64,000 bases of DNA from Curvularia clavata (taxonomy: Eukaryota), in assembly GCA_023920165.1 (NCBI GenBank), contig CP089276.1:1-64000 (forward strand), in the 5' to 3' direction. The position numbers and the translations under genes are program-made. This document shows, piece after piece, positions 11,426 to 25,173 of the stretch (position 1 is its first letter; every line of letters starts with the position of its first letter). Under the pieces are notes generated by a model. It searched no databases, was not told where the DNA came from, and saw nothing but the letters and a program-made list of their open reading frames with translations.

Positions 11426-12808
11426 CTACTGTGTAAATTTCCACCAATTAAAGTTGAAAAGGTTGCCACTGCCGCTCCCAGTGAAGTGTAAGTACAAATC
11501 TTGAGTGCCTGTAGCGCCGCTAACAGGGCAGGTGACCGTAGCCCAGGTCTGCCAACCGCCCGTTCCAGAAACAGTACACGTGCCGACAAGGGTACCAGTC
11601 GTACTGCCCAGACGCAGCTCAATCTTGCCCCCACTGGCCGCCGACGCGACTCTTGCACTAAAGGACTTGGCTCCAGTGCCAAATGAGACGCCCTTGACTT
11701 TGATGTAGTCTCCGTTGTTGATGGATGTTACATCAATTCCGCCTTCGCTGCAAACTTCGGTTTCTACGCCCGACTCCCAAGCGATCATTTCAGCCTCCTG
11801 TTGCACGTAGGGGTTTACAGTACTGATTTGGGGCGGGCCGTTCTTTGTCATTGTGAGAGTAGGAATAGTACCGTCGGCATTGTATACGAAGCGTTCAACG
11901 CATACTGATCGTGTATAACCGCTTCCCCCAGGAAGGGCACCATTGTGGTAGAAAAAGTATGAATTACCTTTGAAATCGACAACGCCAGGATGGTTCGTGA
12001 AGCTCGCACCCGCTGTTGCCATAACTAGTCCGCGATAGGTCCAGGGGCCAGTGGGACTAGTGCTGGTGGAGTAACGAATGTCCTCAGAGCAGCAGTTGGC
12101 TGCGTAAATCATATAGTAAAGTCCACCACGCTTGTAGAACCATGGTCCTTCCTCATATGCAGTAGCCCTTGTGCCCTTAGATCGGGGGCCAAATCCAGCA
12201 GTCGTGAGCTGAACCTTGTTGACACCTCCGCTGTAGGATATCATGTCTTGGTTTAGTTTTACGTAGGAGAGACCTGGATTTCCCCAGTACAGATACGCCT
12301 GACCATTGTCATCTATGAAGACAGTCGGATCGATCTCGTTGTTGTCAACCAATGGCTTGCCGATCGCGTCACGGTATGGTCCAGTGATATTATCGGCAAC
12401 GCCTACGCCAATAGCCATGCTTCCAGTGGTGCGCCGCATCGGGGCGTAGAAGTAAAACTTTCCATTGCGTTGGATAATCTGCCCAGCCCATGCGTTTGCA
12501 TTAGTCCAGCTGAATGTTTTCAAACTCATTGGCGAACCGTGATCCTGCCAATTTGCCATGTCCGCCGTCGAATAGAGGTGCCAGTCCTTCATGTTGAACG
12601 TTGTAGATCCATCTTCGTCATGGCCAGTAACGACATAGACACGGTCATTGTAGACAAGAGGTGCTGGATCCGTAGTGTAGATCGTTTGGACGATAGGATT
12701 GTCGGCTCTCACTACTCCAACCCCGTTGAGCAGTGTTCCGAAATACAGCACAGTGGGAAGCAAGGCAGCAAGGCCCCCAAATAAGGTCCTAGGGTTTGAA
12801 GCTACCAT
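11426..12808 (-). CDS. Secreted GH43 xylosidase/arabinofuranosidase with C-terminal CBM6
   Basis: Signal peptide, DNPIVQTIYTTDPAP, AWAGQ, IDPTVFIDD, YEEGPW, FTNHPG; CBM6 (NPY..QEAE..TGGWQTW..FNFNWWKF); intronless; ATG at 12808. Confidence 0.93.
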   Translation of the reverse strand: MVASNPRTLFGGLAALLPTVLYFGTLLNGVGVVRADNPIVQTIYTTDPAPLVYNDRVYVVTGHDEDGSTTFNMKDWHLYSTADMANWQDHGSPMSLKTFSWTNANAWAGQIIQRNGKFYFYAPMRRTTGSMAIGVGVADNITGPYRDAIGKPLVDNNEIDPTVFIDDNGQAYLYWGNPGLSYVKLNQDMISYSGGVNKVQLTTAGFGPRSKGTRATAYEEGPWFYKRGGLYYMIYAANCCSEDIRYSTSTSPTGPWTYRGLVMATAGASFTNHPGVVDFKGNSYFFYHNGALPGGSGYTRSVCVERFVYNADGTIPTLTMTKNGPPQISTVNPYVQQEAEMIAWESGVETEVCSEGGIDVTSINNGDYIKVKGVSFGTGAKSFSARVASAASGGKIELRLGSTTGTLVGTCTVSGTGGWQTWATVTCPVSGATGTQDLYLHFTGSGSGNLFNFNWWKFTQ

Positions 12809-14359
12809 GATGCGACGATAAGGAGAGTGGCGATGGTATTGTAGATCGAATTGGTACGTCAAACCAAAAGTGACTATCAAGGATCAAATACAACCTACTC
12901 AAACCTCGTTGTCCTATATAGGGCAGAATTTGATTACCTACTACTCTAAACAGTTCCTCCGTCGTAATATGAGATCAGCGCACTAGTCATATTTGCTCAT
13001 TCTCCAGATTAAGCAGTGCGTCGTTTCTTCCGCTCGCAAGGTTCATCTTGGGTCACTTCACGATTTGGACTAGCCGTTTCCAAGAGATGAGATCAATTTT
13101 TTCGATGGAGCATTTTGACGACGCGCGAAGTTGTTATCGTGGTAGACGTGAAATACAAGTATGCGATAATTTTCCTGGCGGGGGCCACGCTCCCGAGGCA
13201 GTCGTAGGTGGCAGCGTTTCAGGTATAGTTACAATACGAACCCCGCAAATCTCACATGGACATCGGAAATTGCAGCCCGGTTATAGCTCCGATGTTTTGT
13301 TACATAGTTAAGAATAAATAATCCACAAATCATAATTTGCGGATGGAGATGAAGAGTACCCCGTATATACAACACTCTCCCGAGTGGGGTAAAGTAAAGG
13401 CGTCCCTGAGGTGCAACATGATTCAGTCGGAGATTTATCGTATAGTTCCTACCAGTAAGTCAAGCGAATAGCGTCGGGAGACGAGATGTATATATGCCGA
13501 AAACTCACATTTGGTAGAGGCGCGACGCCGGTCTAGAGCTACCGTTACAATCAGTCACTTGGCTATATATGCTATTCATAGTCTTGCTCAATTCTAACGA
13601 TCTTAGTTTAATCCTTGAATCCACCACATAGAATGTTTTGTTCATGCGCTTGTACACAAATAACCCACAGGAGGTCCGAAAGGATGACTCTGACAGGCCC
13701 GAATATTACGCGGGTGACACCTCAAGAAAAAGGACGGTAGCAGGGTAGATAAAGACTATGATTCTTAACAGACATGACAATATACTTTTACTGCTATGCG
13801 CAAATGCGTGCCGCGTGGTTTGTCGCTGCTAGATGGGTAGGGTTGTGCCTATAGTATTCGGTCCTGTTATTATGAACAGCCCGTACGAGTACTGTATGGT
13901 AGAAACAGCGAAACTTAACAGAATGCGACAATGCAAAGTATCGTAGAGTAGAAATTGACTGAAACAGAAGTACATTTGTCATACTGCGCAATAGTGTGAT
14001 AAGTTAAGAGAAGTATGCGAAAAGAGACCCTTGTTGGGAATCAGTGAGGGGCTGCGCTGCCCAGGCATCGCCTGCACCTTACCTCTTTGACTTTGATACC
14101 CCTGACCTTAGAACAAGAAACCAGGCGCATGACTCGAGAAGAAGAAAAGGTGCGCTCTAATTGAAGAGGCCGGAGAGATCTCCTTAAGCTGGGACGTTAT
14201 GTTGTAGCCTGTAGTTTGATCCGACCCACACTCCGCTTCTATTCTCTATTGCGACTAGTGTTGGGCTGCGATATAACTAAATATGCAAGCTCAACACACA
14301 CACAGCAGCAGCCTGAGAACTGTCACAACAATAGTGCAGCACAAAACACCCTTCTCAGC

Positions 14360-16008
14360 ATGCTGCAACTTGCTCCAGCCTCAGCAGCCATCTTGGCTGT
14401 TGTCGCAGGTTTTGTAGTCAGTGCCAAAACTTGCCATTAGCTCTCCACGACGCCAAGCGACACTGACCAGGATCAAACTAGTACTGGATTCTTCGAGCCT
14501 TCTACAACTTATACCTGCATCCTTTGAGAGGGTTCCCAGGCCCTTGGTTAGCCAGAGCCAGTGTCCTCTGGCATTCGTATCATAGTCTCTGCGGTAATCT
14601 CCAATATGCTCTACACCAGATGCATCTAAAGTACGGCCCGATCATTCGAATTGCACCAGACGAACTCATTTTTCTCGATGCCAAAGCATGGAAAGACATA
14701 TATGGTCATCGCAATGGAACCCCAGAATACATCAAGGATCCATCTCTGATTTTCACTGCCAACGCTGGTCCAAGCCTCTTTTCCGTTCCCAAGGACGACC
14801 ACTCGAAGCTAAGACGACTATTGTCGCATGGCTTTTCGGATAAAGCACTACGAGAACAGGAATCTGTCATTTCTGGCTACGCCAACCTTCTGGTGGACCG
14901 ACTGCACCAGGTCTGCCGCAATCCAGTCGACGTGGCTGGATGGTACAATGTATGTCATGTTATATCAAAAACGATTCTGACATCTCATCATGATAGTATC
15001 TCGCATTCGACGTTATTGGCCATCTAGTATTCGCAGAATCCTTCAACTGTCTTTCGCGCTCTGAATACCATCCCTGGGTCAAATTCATTTTCAGTACCAT
15101 GAGGGTAATCTCCTGGAACCGGTCTTTCAATCGCCTAGCACCACAGATTACTCGGGTTCTGATCAAACTTGTGCCGCAAAGAGTTGTCGACGAAGGCAAT
15201 GCACTCCTGGAAATGACGAGAGCAAAGCTTCATCGGAGAATAGAAGCCAAATTACAGTACACAGACTTGATGGAGAATCTTTTAGTAGCTCAGAAACAGG
15301 GCAAAATCACTATGGACGAAGTGTTCGATAATGCCACACCCCTTATCGTTGCTGGCAGCGAAACGACAGCCACAGCCCTTTCAGGAGCTACCTATTTCCT
15401 CCACCAAAACCCTAAGGTATATCAAAAACTAAAGACAGAGGTTCGGTCAGCGTTCACTCACAGGAGTGAAATTACAATTTCAAAAGTTGCCGGCCTGCGC
15501 TATCTGGCTGCGGTGATTAACGAAACAATGCGCCTTTACCCGCCCTCCCCGACGAATCATCCTCGCCTAGTTACACCCAAAGGCGGAGTTATTGCCGGCC
15601 AATTCATCCCAGGCAATACTTTGGTCGGCATCAGTCAATACGCTGCATTTAGATCACCTCACAACTTCGCCTGGCCCGAAGAATTCGCTCCCGAGAGATT
15701 CGTCGATTCCGATCTGCCAGTATGGGCAGGTGACAAACGAGATGTTCTACAACCGTTCCTTTTTGGACCGAGAAACTGCATTGGCAGGAAGTAGGTTGCA
15801 CCCGGTACAGAAACAGAAACTGCGGAACTTTAGCTAAGCTCGTGATTGTAGTCTTGCCTTGATTGAAATGCGACTCGTCTTGGCCTTGGTCGTGTTTGAG
15901 TTTGACGTTGAGGTCTTGCCGGAGTCTAGGGATTGGATACATCAAAAGCTCTTCACAACTTGGGCAAGGCCGTCGCTTATGGTTCGTATGACACCAGTTG
16001 TGCGGTAG
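14360..16008 (+). CDS. Cytochrome P450 (CYP65/Tri11-like), exons 14360-14416, 14482-14949, 14997-15790, 15852-16008
   Basis: HPLRGFPGP, AGSETTAT, ETMR, PERF, heme motif PFLFGPRNCIGRNLA; canonical introns join the frames. Confidence 0.93.
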
Positions 16009-17640
16009 CTCCATCCTCCCCCCTTTTCGAGAGAAATGTGGTGCGATGCAATTTCCGCTTTAGAACATGATGACCCTGGATATATTCCATATTATTTAAA
16101 TGGATGTAACTATTCAAAACTCCAAACAACGTTCCTAACCTATCTTCGCGCAATTGCATCCGCTCTTTATTTTCTGCGCGTGTCAAACAATATCTTAACA
16201 AGTTTATGTATGTTCCTCAATGAGATGTACAAAAGCTTGACAATTTTACCATTTTTAATGGTATTGAGTGTGTGAGTACATGTATATGTGGTAGTACAAA
16301 ATTTGAAGCTACAAGGAACCATTTTGCCGTGTCTAGTTTATTCCTGGTAGGTTTGAACACACGTATCCAAGAAACACGATTGCCAGACCTGCTAACCATG
16401 AGAATCGGTGGCATTACGACGAGTCTCAAGTGGCACTGACAACAGTCTTGGCGAACCAACTACCGACTCTATGTGCGGCAAGTAACAGAACAAGCGTCGA
16501 TTTCTGGTAGCTGCAGAAGTAGTAGATTCACTAGACTAAGTACAATACGATTTAAATAATTGGTAGGGCAACTGGGATGACACACCACAGCATACAACAA
16601 TGTGACGTTCCAAAGAACACAACCCCATAGCGGTGGAGTTTAATTGCTTTAAATATTTGTTGTGAGGAACACCTGCCATATTAGAGTTAGTCTTTCCAGC
16701 GTATAGCCTTGGAGGTATAAACATAAAAAGCGTGGGTTGTATTAGCAACTCGTGGGGAACCTAGGACTCATAAGAAGATAAACGTTGACTATTAGCTGCC
16801 GTTTAGTCTTATTAGTCCTCTATTAGTATTTGCGGCGCAATGCTAACCCTAGATATACTTACATTTATTCTTTATTAACATAGACTAAGTGCAGATACTA
16901 GTTTCTCAGAGTGGCGATAGAGCGTCTAATAGGTCAGATGTTCTTAGCTCCGTGTTGACGTTGGAGATGTCCACAGGCAGCAATGCTTGCAGCCATAATA
17001 CGTTGTTGTCTGCTGTCCATTAGTGCTCTCTGTGACCGTCGAGACCATGGACGGCAACAATGCTGTTTCAGTCACTGTGCTCAACTCACAAGAATAGCGG
17101 CACCTTATGTGTACTTACTCTATGGCTAAATTTTCACCCACTACGAGAAGCTGGATGAAGGGCGCTTTCTTCAGCTTGCGCTGCATCTATGGTTTCTACG
17201 ACGTGGTCGGTCGGACATGTCGAGTGCGCATTTGTTTTCCAGGATTGAATTTTCCTGCTCAATTCGGCCATGACTTTACTAAGAAGAAGCACTCTAAAGC
17301 GGTGAAATCTGTGACATGCGTCAACACTATACAAGCAGATGCTTCAAGTTTATGCAACATGGAGCAAAACTGAGGTCTAGGCCACCACGTCAACCTATTG
17401 AAATAGCTCATGCTTTAACTAGCAGTTAAAAGTCTGCGCCGTTCTGCGTTTGTTGTCATGCTATTGGCGTGGCTATCCGCCACAGCTGGAAAAAGGTTGC
17501 GCGCCAGTCGATGGTCCAATAGCTTGAAGGCGCCACATCTCAGCTGAAAACATAGCCCAACTACCGCATACATATCTCTGCCATTCTTCGCTTCGAGGCT
17601 GTCATCTGCCTTTCTTTCTACTTTCCTTCCAGCATCGCGA

Positions 17641-18291
17641 ATGGCTTCCAAGGAACCCGATGCCAAAGTCAACTTATCGGCCTCAATGAGCTCTCCATCA
17701 AACGAACCAACAACTCCGAACGAAAAGAGTATCCCAGACAGCATCAAGTCTTTTCAGGAATTCCTCTCGTTCGTTCTCAGCCTTTCCATCTTCGGCGCCT
17801 CAACGTTCGCCGTTATCGTGTCCGAAATTGCGAATCCCAATGACCTCCGTCCGAGCCCACGTTTTTCACGCGAAACTGTTAGGAACTTTCTCGGTATCGC
17901 ATGGCTGCTCTTCGTCTTTGCGCTTGCCGTTGTGGCCGCATCTATGAGCATACTATCTTATCAACAAGAAAATTCTAGGATTGGCTTTGATAGCCTGTGG
18001 AGGCGAACATGGGAACGTCTGGGGCTTATCGCTTCATCTTTGATCCAGATTTCGGTCATCGCAGCATTCTTGTTCCTTTCACTCGCTCTAGTGGCATACA
18101 CGGAGGCTGTGGGATGGGTTGCAGTTGCGTTGTCCTCAATTACAGCTGCCTTTGCTTTTGTTTCATTGGCCGCTCAATGGATGTAAGTATGCTAGCCTCT
18201 GACAAATAGTTGTACTAACAGTAGAACGCAAGCCAAACATCCAAACGCAAAGCCGGCATATAATCCTATCCACCTCACTAGAGCTGATTAG
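17641..18291 (+). CDS. Four-TM hypothetical membrane protein
   Basis: Four hydrophobic helices; GTAAGT..CTAAC..TAG intron after 18182, short last exon. Confidence 0.7.
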
Positions 18292-18699
18292 AACATTGAA
18301 TGAGCAAGACTTGTTCATACAAAATATGTTCGCATTTGTGGACCTGGCTTGATGAGGACTTGTCGTCGTTCCTTTCAGCTTCATGTTCGGTGAACTCATG
18401 GCTGCTCTAAACATATACTACCTCGTCAGTGCGGCCATGCTAAGGATCAAGCAGCAACAAAATTGGCCGTAGAGATTCCCACTTTAAGCGGGAAATGGAA
18501 ACAAGATTGTTTAGGCAATGCATGTATTGCTATTCGCAAATGTAGTATTTATTCCCTTCTTGACCACCTGTCTCCATCGCCACTTCATCACCCTTCCCCA
18601 AGTCATCTGCTCGCCTATTCCTACTTCCTCCGTTCTCGCTCCCTCCATTGTTGCTAACAACTCACTCCACCATCATCGAACCTACATTGCCGCGGGTTT

Positions 18700-18891
18700 A
18701 CCAATACACCTGGGTTGCGGCAACCCTCATTGGTGTCAACAGCATAGTACTTGGCTCCGTTTTTCAGCTTGCCATCCTCTCTGCCAGTTACATTTTCCGA
18801 CTAAAGGACAAGAAGTAGTCGTCGTAATGCGATCGGCGGTCACGTTAGTGGCTAGGGCGAAACCAGCAATGAGGATAGTCCGGGGTTGCTT
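18700..18891 (-). pseudogene. Possible relic of a small secreted Cys-containing protein
   Basis: (K)QPRTILIAGFALATNVTADRI..SCPLVGKCNW; removing one A gives AENGAKYYAVDTNEGCRNPGV; no ATG (AAG at that position) and no 3' part found. Confidence 0.35.
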
Positions 18892-19254
18892 TTTGTGGGT
18901 GGTTGAGCAATTGAATTTCTGGAAAGCGTCGTAGATATGATATGGTTTCGGCAACAAGTTTTCCTTGATTGTTGATATCATATCAATTCTAGAATTGAGG
19001 TCAGATGAGAAGCTATTCTGACCTATTGATGCTGAAATTTGAACTTCTGTTGTGTTGAGTGAATAGGAGATGATGTTCAAACAGGAGTGAGTGGTTTTAA
19101 ATACAGTTCGTCTTCAGTGGGACCTCCTTAACAACCGTGACAAGTAGCCTTTGAGGTCTTCCTAATCACACGAGCAATTTCGTAGCCGCACAATATCCTT
19201 TTACTATAGACAAGCGCAATAGAATGAAAGGGAGAGCGTGCTCATTCAACGCAG

Positions 19255-20188
19255 CTATGCATCAAAAATAGTCTTATTCTGTGTCACCCATTCCTCCAGA
19301 CTAGTTGACTTCTGACCGGTATAGAGTTTCATATTGCTCACACCTTCCTGGTAGTTGGGAAAACACTCACCGCTACCCTTGTCCACGCCTTTGGTACCCA
19401 TGACTTTGACTATGTAGTCTGCAAATACCTGAGGCATACCACTATTGATGTATTTGTTATAGCCTTCTTTGGGCCCCAAAATCTCTATGTTTATGTCTTT
19501 CTGAAGAACTTTGCTAATTTTGGCAATGCTGTCATATACTGAAAGTATCTCGGGTCCATAAAGGTATAACTTTTTTTTGACCATTCTTTGAGCCCGAAAC
19601 CACAATGTTGCCGACGACTCTGCTAATGTCACTTGGAATGATATTGTCCTGTGGGAAATTGGCGCCGTATAGCCTTACGTTATTCGCTGCTATGCCTGCC
19701 TTCTCGGATAATAGGTTGGTGATGAAACATCCAGGGCGTACAGCGATATAGTGATTGGAACTAAATATGTCGTCCAAGTTTGCTTCGACTTGCGCGTGCA
19801 CATACGGAATCAGGTCATCCGGAGGGATCTTACGAAGACCTTGATTGACTGAGATGGTAAAGCTGCTTAGGAAGACTACAAAATTAATGCCCGTCTTCTT
19901 CATTGCCGTGATCGCACCACGAAGGTGATCGGACGTGTGATGCACGAGGTAGATGAATGCGCGCTTAGCACCGGAAGTCTTGATAGCCTGGCTGACAGTC
20001 TTAGGCTTTTCTAGGTCAGCCTGAGTCCTGTGATAGTCACCTGTAGACTCCGACTCTTTTGTGAGACCTGGGATGCTTTTGGAGATGTCCCGCATTGCCA
20101 GCCAGACCTTAGCTCTAAGCTCTCCGGCTGTTCGCGCGGCGACAGATCCAACTTGCCCCGTCGGGCCGAATATTATTACAGATGTCAT
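19255..20188 (-). pseudogene. NmrA-like NAD(P)-binding protein with +1 frameshift (pseudogene or homopolymer error)
   Basis: MTSVIIFGPTGQVGS, FVVFLSSF, VRPGCF; one extra base in the T8 run at 19571-19578 breaks GQKK/LYLYGPE. Confidence 0.8.
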
Positions 20189-20482
20189 GATGTGATATAA
20201 AGTGATATGAACGGGTAGTAGCTGTATCGAAGCGTTGAATACTGTTGTCCACGTTGATATGTTGATGAAGTTGGGGAGAATACCCCACCTGTCGCATGAG
20301 GCACTTAGAAATGGGGGGTAACGTTTCATGCGCACGGCAGAGATTTGAGATTTTCCGAGAACTGCCTCAGAAAGCTCGATCGCTAAGCACGCCACATTTC
20401 TCGAGTACGCATCGGGATCTTGGGAGTACAGACGTTAAATGACCAGGATCAGCTGTTTTCCGAAGCAAACGCGAAGTAGATA

Positions 20483-22012
20483 CGGAGGTGCCCGTCAAAA
20501 GTCTTTGCCCACCTGGGCGAGCAGGGGTATATGCACTATTCTTAATTGGGAATCATCTCCGAGCTTACGTGGCTTATCCTTCTCAACCTCAAGTTTACAC
20601 TCTATACTTTGTATTCTATCTATTAGTTTTAGTACTATCGCTATAGTTTATCATGATAATTCTACTCGTGCTACAGTTGTAGTTCTTAAGGCTATAGACA
20701 AGCCAAATTATAAAATTACTAGACTTACTGGAGTTGAGAAGCGTACGATTAACTCTATCTATGCGCGAGCAATTGAGCGAGGCTTTGATCCAGGCCTCCA
20801 GCCACTATAGCTTGAAGACAAGCACCTTGAAGATGCCCATCAATCTGGGCGGCCATCTAAGCGGTCTACAGTCTCTTAGCAAGTAGTAGACACCGTACGC
20901 ACCGATCGATATGGGCGAGAAAAGTCTTGTGCTAACATTGCTGGCTTACTAAGCCAACAAGGATTCAATATCTCAGCATCTACAGTCAGGCGAGTCTTAA
21001 GAGAGGAAGGCTTCAGGAAGACCAAGCCGACAAGGAAGCCTGGGTTGACAAAGCAGATAAGGGAGGAACGATATAAGTAGTGCCTAGAGCACGCAGACTA
21101 GACGCTTGAGGACTGGAAGAACGTCATCTGGTCAGACGAAATCTCTATTGTTCTTAACCATAGACGTGGTAGATATAGGATATAGAGAAAAGCAGATAAG
21201 GCCTTCGTACGGAGCTGCATTCGCGAGAGATAGAAAGACTATTCTAAGTTTATGTTTTGGGGCTGTTTCTCGTACAATAAGAAAGGGCCCTGCCACTGCT
21301 AGACACCAGAAACAAATAAAGAGAAGAAGGCTGCTACTACTTAGATTAATGAACTAAATGAGAAGCTTAAGCCTATTAAGAAGGCTGAGTGGGAGCTTGA
21401 AAATGGTATACGTCGTCTTGACCTCCGGAATAAGCCTGGCCGACAGCCTTAGTAGAGGTAGAATAAGAGGACAGGAAAGCTTAGCCGACGTGATGGCTCA
21501 GGAATCGACTAGTATCGATATTAGACAGTTATTCTTCTACCAAAACTAATTCCTTTTGCAAAGGAATGTAAAGCTAATCGACCTAGAACAGTCGTATAGG
21601 AAAATAAGACGCCTTCTCACGACCACTATATTCAAAGCTATATTTATAGTCTTTATAATATTGAGAAGATTCTTTAGTGTGGGAACTCGCCTGACTTAAA
21701 TGCGATTGAGCCTTGCTGGCTATAGATAAAAAGAGCTACTACTAAGAAGGGGGCGCCTAAGAACAGAGCAGAGGGAATACGGGTATGGGAGCGGTGCTGG
21801 AGAGACCTATCTCAGGAGAAAATACAGGCTTAGATTGAGCGAATTTCATTTCACATACAACAGATTATTAGACTCGAAGGTGGTAACGAGTATAAGGAGG
21901 GTAGGCGGCTTAGGAAGCCAGAGCCAGAGCTTTCGGAGGATAGTCTATATTGGGAATAGCCTAGAAACCCCTGCCTGCCCAGGTGGGCAAAGACTTTTGA
22001 CGGGCACCTCCG
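20483..22012 (+). mobile_element. Tc1/mariner DNA transposon 1 (RIP-degraded)
   Basis: ~45-bp TIRs (CGGAGGTGCCCGTCAAAAGTCTTTGCCCACCTGGGC.., first 36 bp perfect), TA flanks; remnants GFRKTKPTRKPGLT, VIWSDE, NSPDLNAIEPCW with many stops. Confidence 0.93.
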
Positions 22013-22021
22013 TAGATGATA

Positions 22022-23379
22022 CAGTCACACTCCAAAAGTCTGTGCCGCTAAGCGCTCGGGCCACCATCGCCACTTTTTTCCCACAATTTCAACGCTGTGC
22101 AACTCCACCAAACTAAGTCTAAAAATAATTTTGAAATAACCAAACTGTAGCTAAAGATCTCAGTATTTTGTTTGGTATCCTTTTGCTTTACGGACAGCGG
22201 CGAGGCGGCGCGGCATACTCAAAATTAGCTTTGTAATTAAAGAATCAGGTATGGCTGACCACGCCTCGCGCAACCCATTTTCAAACTGCTCCCACTTAAT
22301 ATTTGTGTTATTTATATAGTCAAACTCAGGATAAAGCTTATAAAGTTTCTTTTTAAGTGCCCACTAGAGGTGCTCGATAGGGTTGAGATCTAGAGAATAT
22401 AGTGGCTAGTCGATCGTTTCTATCCTATAAATTCTCAACCACTATTGCGAGATTCGAGTAGTGTAGATACGCGCGTTATCCCATATAAATAGCTCGCTAG
22501 CTCTATAGTTCGGTATTAGCCCTTCTTTAAGCGCTTTTAAGTAGCTCCATGCCGTATATCTAGCTCGACGCCGTGATAAATCTCGTTTCATAATCACTAG
22601 AGGGCTACAGCCTATAACACTATTAGAATCTATCTAAATTGCAGCCCATATTATACGAGCGGGCTGCTGGCTAGTAGAGATAGCTTCTATTATCTTATAA
22701 GACCATTTTTGCTCTGGTAATCGCCATATCTAAGTAGCGTTATGGCCAGATCCGCGGGCGATACTACACTCGTCTGAAAACTTCAAAATAGTCTGCCCAC
22801 CCCACGTGAAATTACGCCAACGCTGCGTAAAAAGTAGACGTTTTTTAGCTGCGATTTTAGTGATAAATAGTCTGCGCTTTGCTCTAAACTTATGGTAATC
22901 TATTTAAGTAAGTACTCGTTGAATTATAGCTCGAGAGATAGTAGAGCGGCTAGTATTACTATCCTATAGGTTGGCCTCGCGATATAGAGCGCTATATTCG
23001 ATTCTAGAATTTCGTTTAACGACTCGAAGCAGCTAACGATAATCTCTACTAGTTAATTTAGGTGGGCGGCCTATCCGATCGCGCTTTATGTAGGTGCCTT
23101 CGGTTTCCCATTAGTGGATAACGTTGGATACTACGCGTCGCGAGCAGCTTAGACGCGCCGCGATTTCTATCGTTCCGCATCCAGCCTCCGCTTGTGCTAA
23201 AATATATATGCGTTGCGCTTCTGATAATTCACCACCTAGTATTCGATTACGCGAAATCTCAGTGCAAAAAGATCTCATTTGGATGGAGTTGTTTGGTGTT
23301 AAAGAAGAGACTACTCTATGGGAATTGGGATGGTGGGGTAGGCCCGTGCTCAGGGGAACAGACTTTTGAGCTAGTACTG
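22022..23379 (-). mobile_element. Tc1-like DNA transposon 2 (RIP-degraded)
   Basis: Imperfect TIRs CAGT..CAAAAGTCTGT..GGGCC, TA flanks; HTH N-terminus (ELSEAQRIYI..EIAARLSCSRRVV), FSDECSI, SLDLNPIEHL remnants. Confidence 0.88.
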
Positions 23380-23822
23380 TATCAAACAAATTTTACAATT
23401 GCCTAAGAATTGATTCTCTTACGCGTACTGCTAACTCAGTTTGTTGTCTATGTCGTTGCATTTCAAGCGTCTGGAAACACTCTGAGATACCTGAGGTAGG
23501 TACGTATGGAATTCCTGCCTAATTCAATTTCATCGAAAGAACCATTGATCTCTGTCAACTGTGTAACTAGCTTTACCGTGGGAATCATAACCGCTCAGCT
23601 GCTTCGCCGTGGGCTCCGCAAGTACATGACCAATCTTTGCAGCAGGGACTGGAGTTAGTTATTGCGAACTCGGATGTTCCTGTTACCGTACGCGACTCCG
23701 TCGGCGATAAGGCTTTTTGGGTGAATTGTATCAGATATGAACGATCATCATTCGTGACCACTGCAAGGCTTTGATTCAATGCTCAGGAGTTTCCAGAAGT
23801 GGTATAGTGCAGCTGAATGATA

Positions 23823-25173
23823 CAGTACTAACGCATAAGTTTCGCGACACGGGCCGAATTCCGCCCCACACCAAATCTTACCCACCATGATTTCACCACT
23901 AAAATTACCACCAAAACAGCATATTTTTAAAGTCTGACAAATATATTTTATTCCTAAATACTAGTATTTAGTTTGCCAGCCTTTTGCAGCTCGACAAGCT
24001 GCTAGACAGCGCAGCATAGAGCCAATTAGAGCCTCAATATACCTACGTAGTATACGCCGCCAGCAGTCTTTTAGAGCCTTACAAAAACCATTCCACTCTT
24101 CCTCTACTACGCTATAATTATTATATTATAGGTAGAATATATACATACGTTTTTTGAAAAGCCACCAAAGATACTCAATAGGATTAAGATCTGGTGAGAA
24201 GGCTAGCCAGTCGAGTATTATAATCTGGTACTCAGTAAGAAATATTTAGACGACTTAAGACGTGTGTATACGCGCGTTGTCTTATATAAAGAGCTAATTC
24301 GGACGGTAATAAGGGAGTAGACCTTGACAAAGGACTTTAATATAGCTTTAGCTAGAGTAGCCACCGCGGGCGGCATTAGGATCCCTTTCCATAATAATAA
24401 GACGACTCCGGCGACCACGCCCACGTTCATCCAGCCATATAGCTCCCCACACCATCTATTATACTATTTTGCCAGCGGGTATTTCTATTATCATTCGTCT
24501 CTTCCATTTCTCTTCTAGATAGCGAAAACACCACTCAGTTATAGCGCCAGAGCCCTTCTAAATAGAGCACTCGTCTGAGAACTTAACTATATAACAACGC
24601 CAAGAAAAGCTACAGTACTTACGAGCGAATAGCAGACGCTTATAGACATAAGATAGAGTAATTTTTAGACATTTTTTGCAGCGGTGATTGCGTATATTTT
24701 AACTTTTAAGCACTCAGTATAATATATCGTGGCTAGGAGGCTTCGAAAAAGTGCCATCAGGCTGCACTACAACTGCTACTTAGGCAAGCTATTTATATAG
24801 AATTTTTGGTGTTACGCGTATAGCCCAATATATAATCTTTTTCTAACAAGTCGAAAGTATATATGGACGCCCGGATCAAGGCCTATCACGCGTAGTAGCA
24901 GTAGTGGAGAACTTTTCTTATAGTCAGTAGATAGTAGAGCGCGCGCGTCCAAACTTGGCTGCGACTTCTAACACTAGTACGCCCCCCTATAACATGCCGA
25001 TTGCAATATTTCGCTCGTCTACTATCATATTTAGACCGCACACCATCGTTTTCTGCACTCAGCGCTCGAATTAGTGCAGTAGTGGGGTGGTGGTGGGCAT
25101 TCAAAGTGGTGGTGGAGGTGGTGGTTGGTGGGGTGGTTGGCGCTAGTGTCGCGAAACTTTAGCGGAGGCACTG
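23823..25173 (-). mobile_element. Tc1-like DNA transposon 3 (RIP-degraded)
   Basis: Imperfect TIRs CAGT..AAGTTTCGCGACAC, TA flanks; FSDEC and WLAFSPDLNPIE remnants on the minus strand. Confidence 0.88.

Noticed and set aside
14360..20188. P450 + membrane protein + NmrA as a secondary-metabolite cluster
   Set aside because: No PKS, NRPS, terpene synthase or repetitive RiPP precursor seen in the window.
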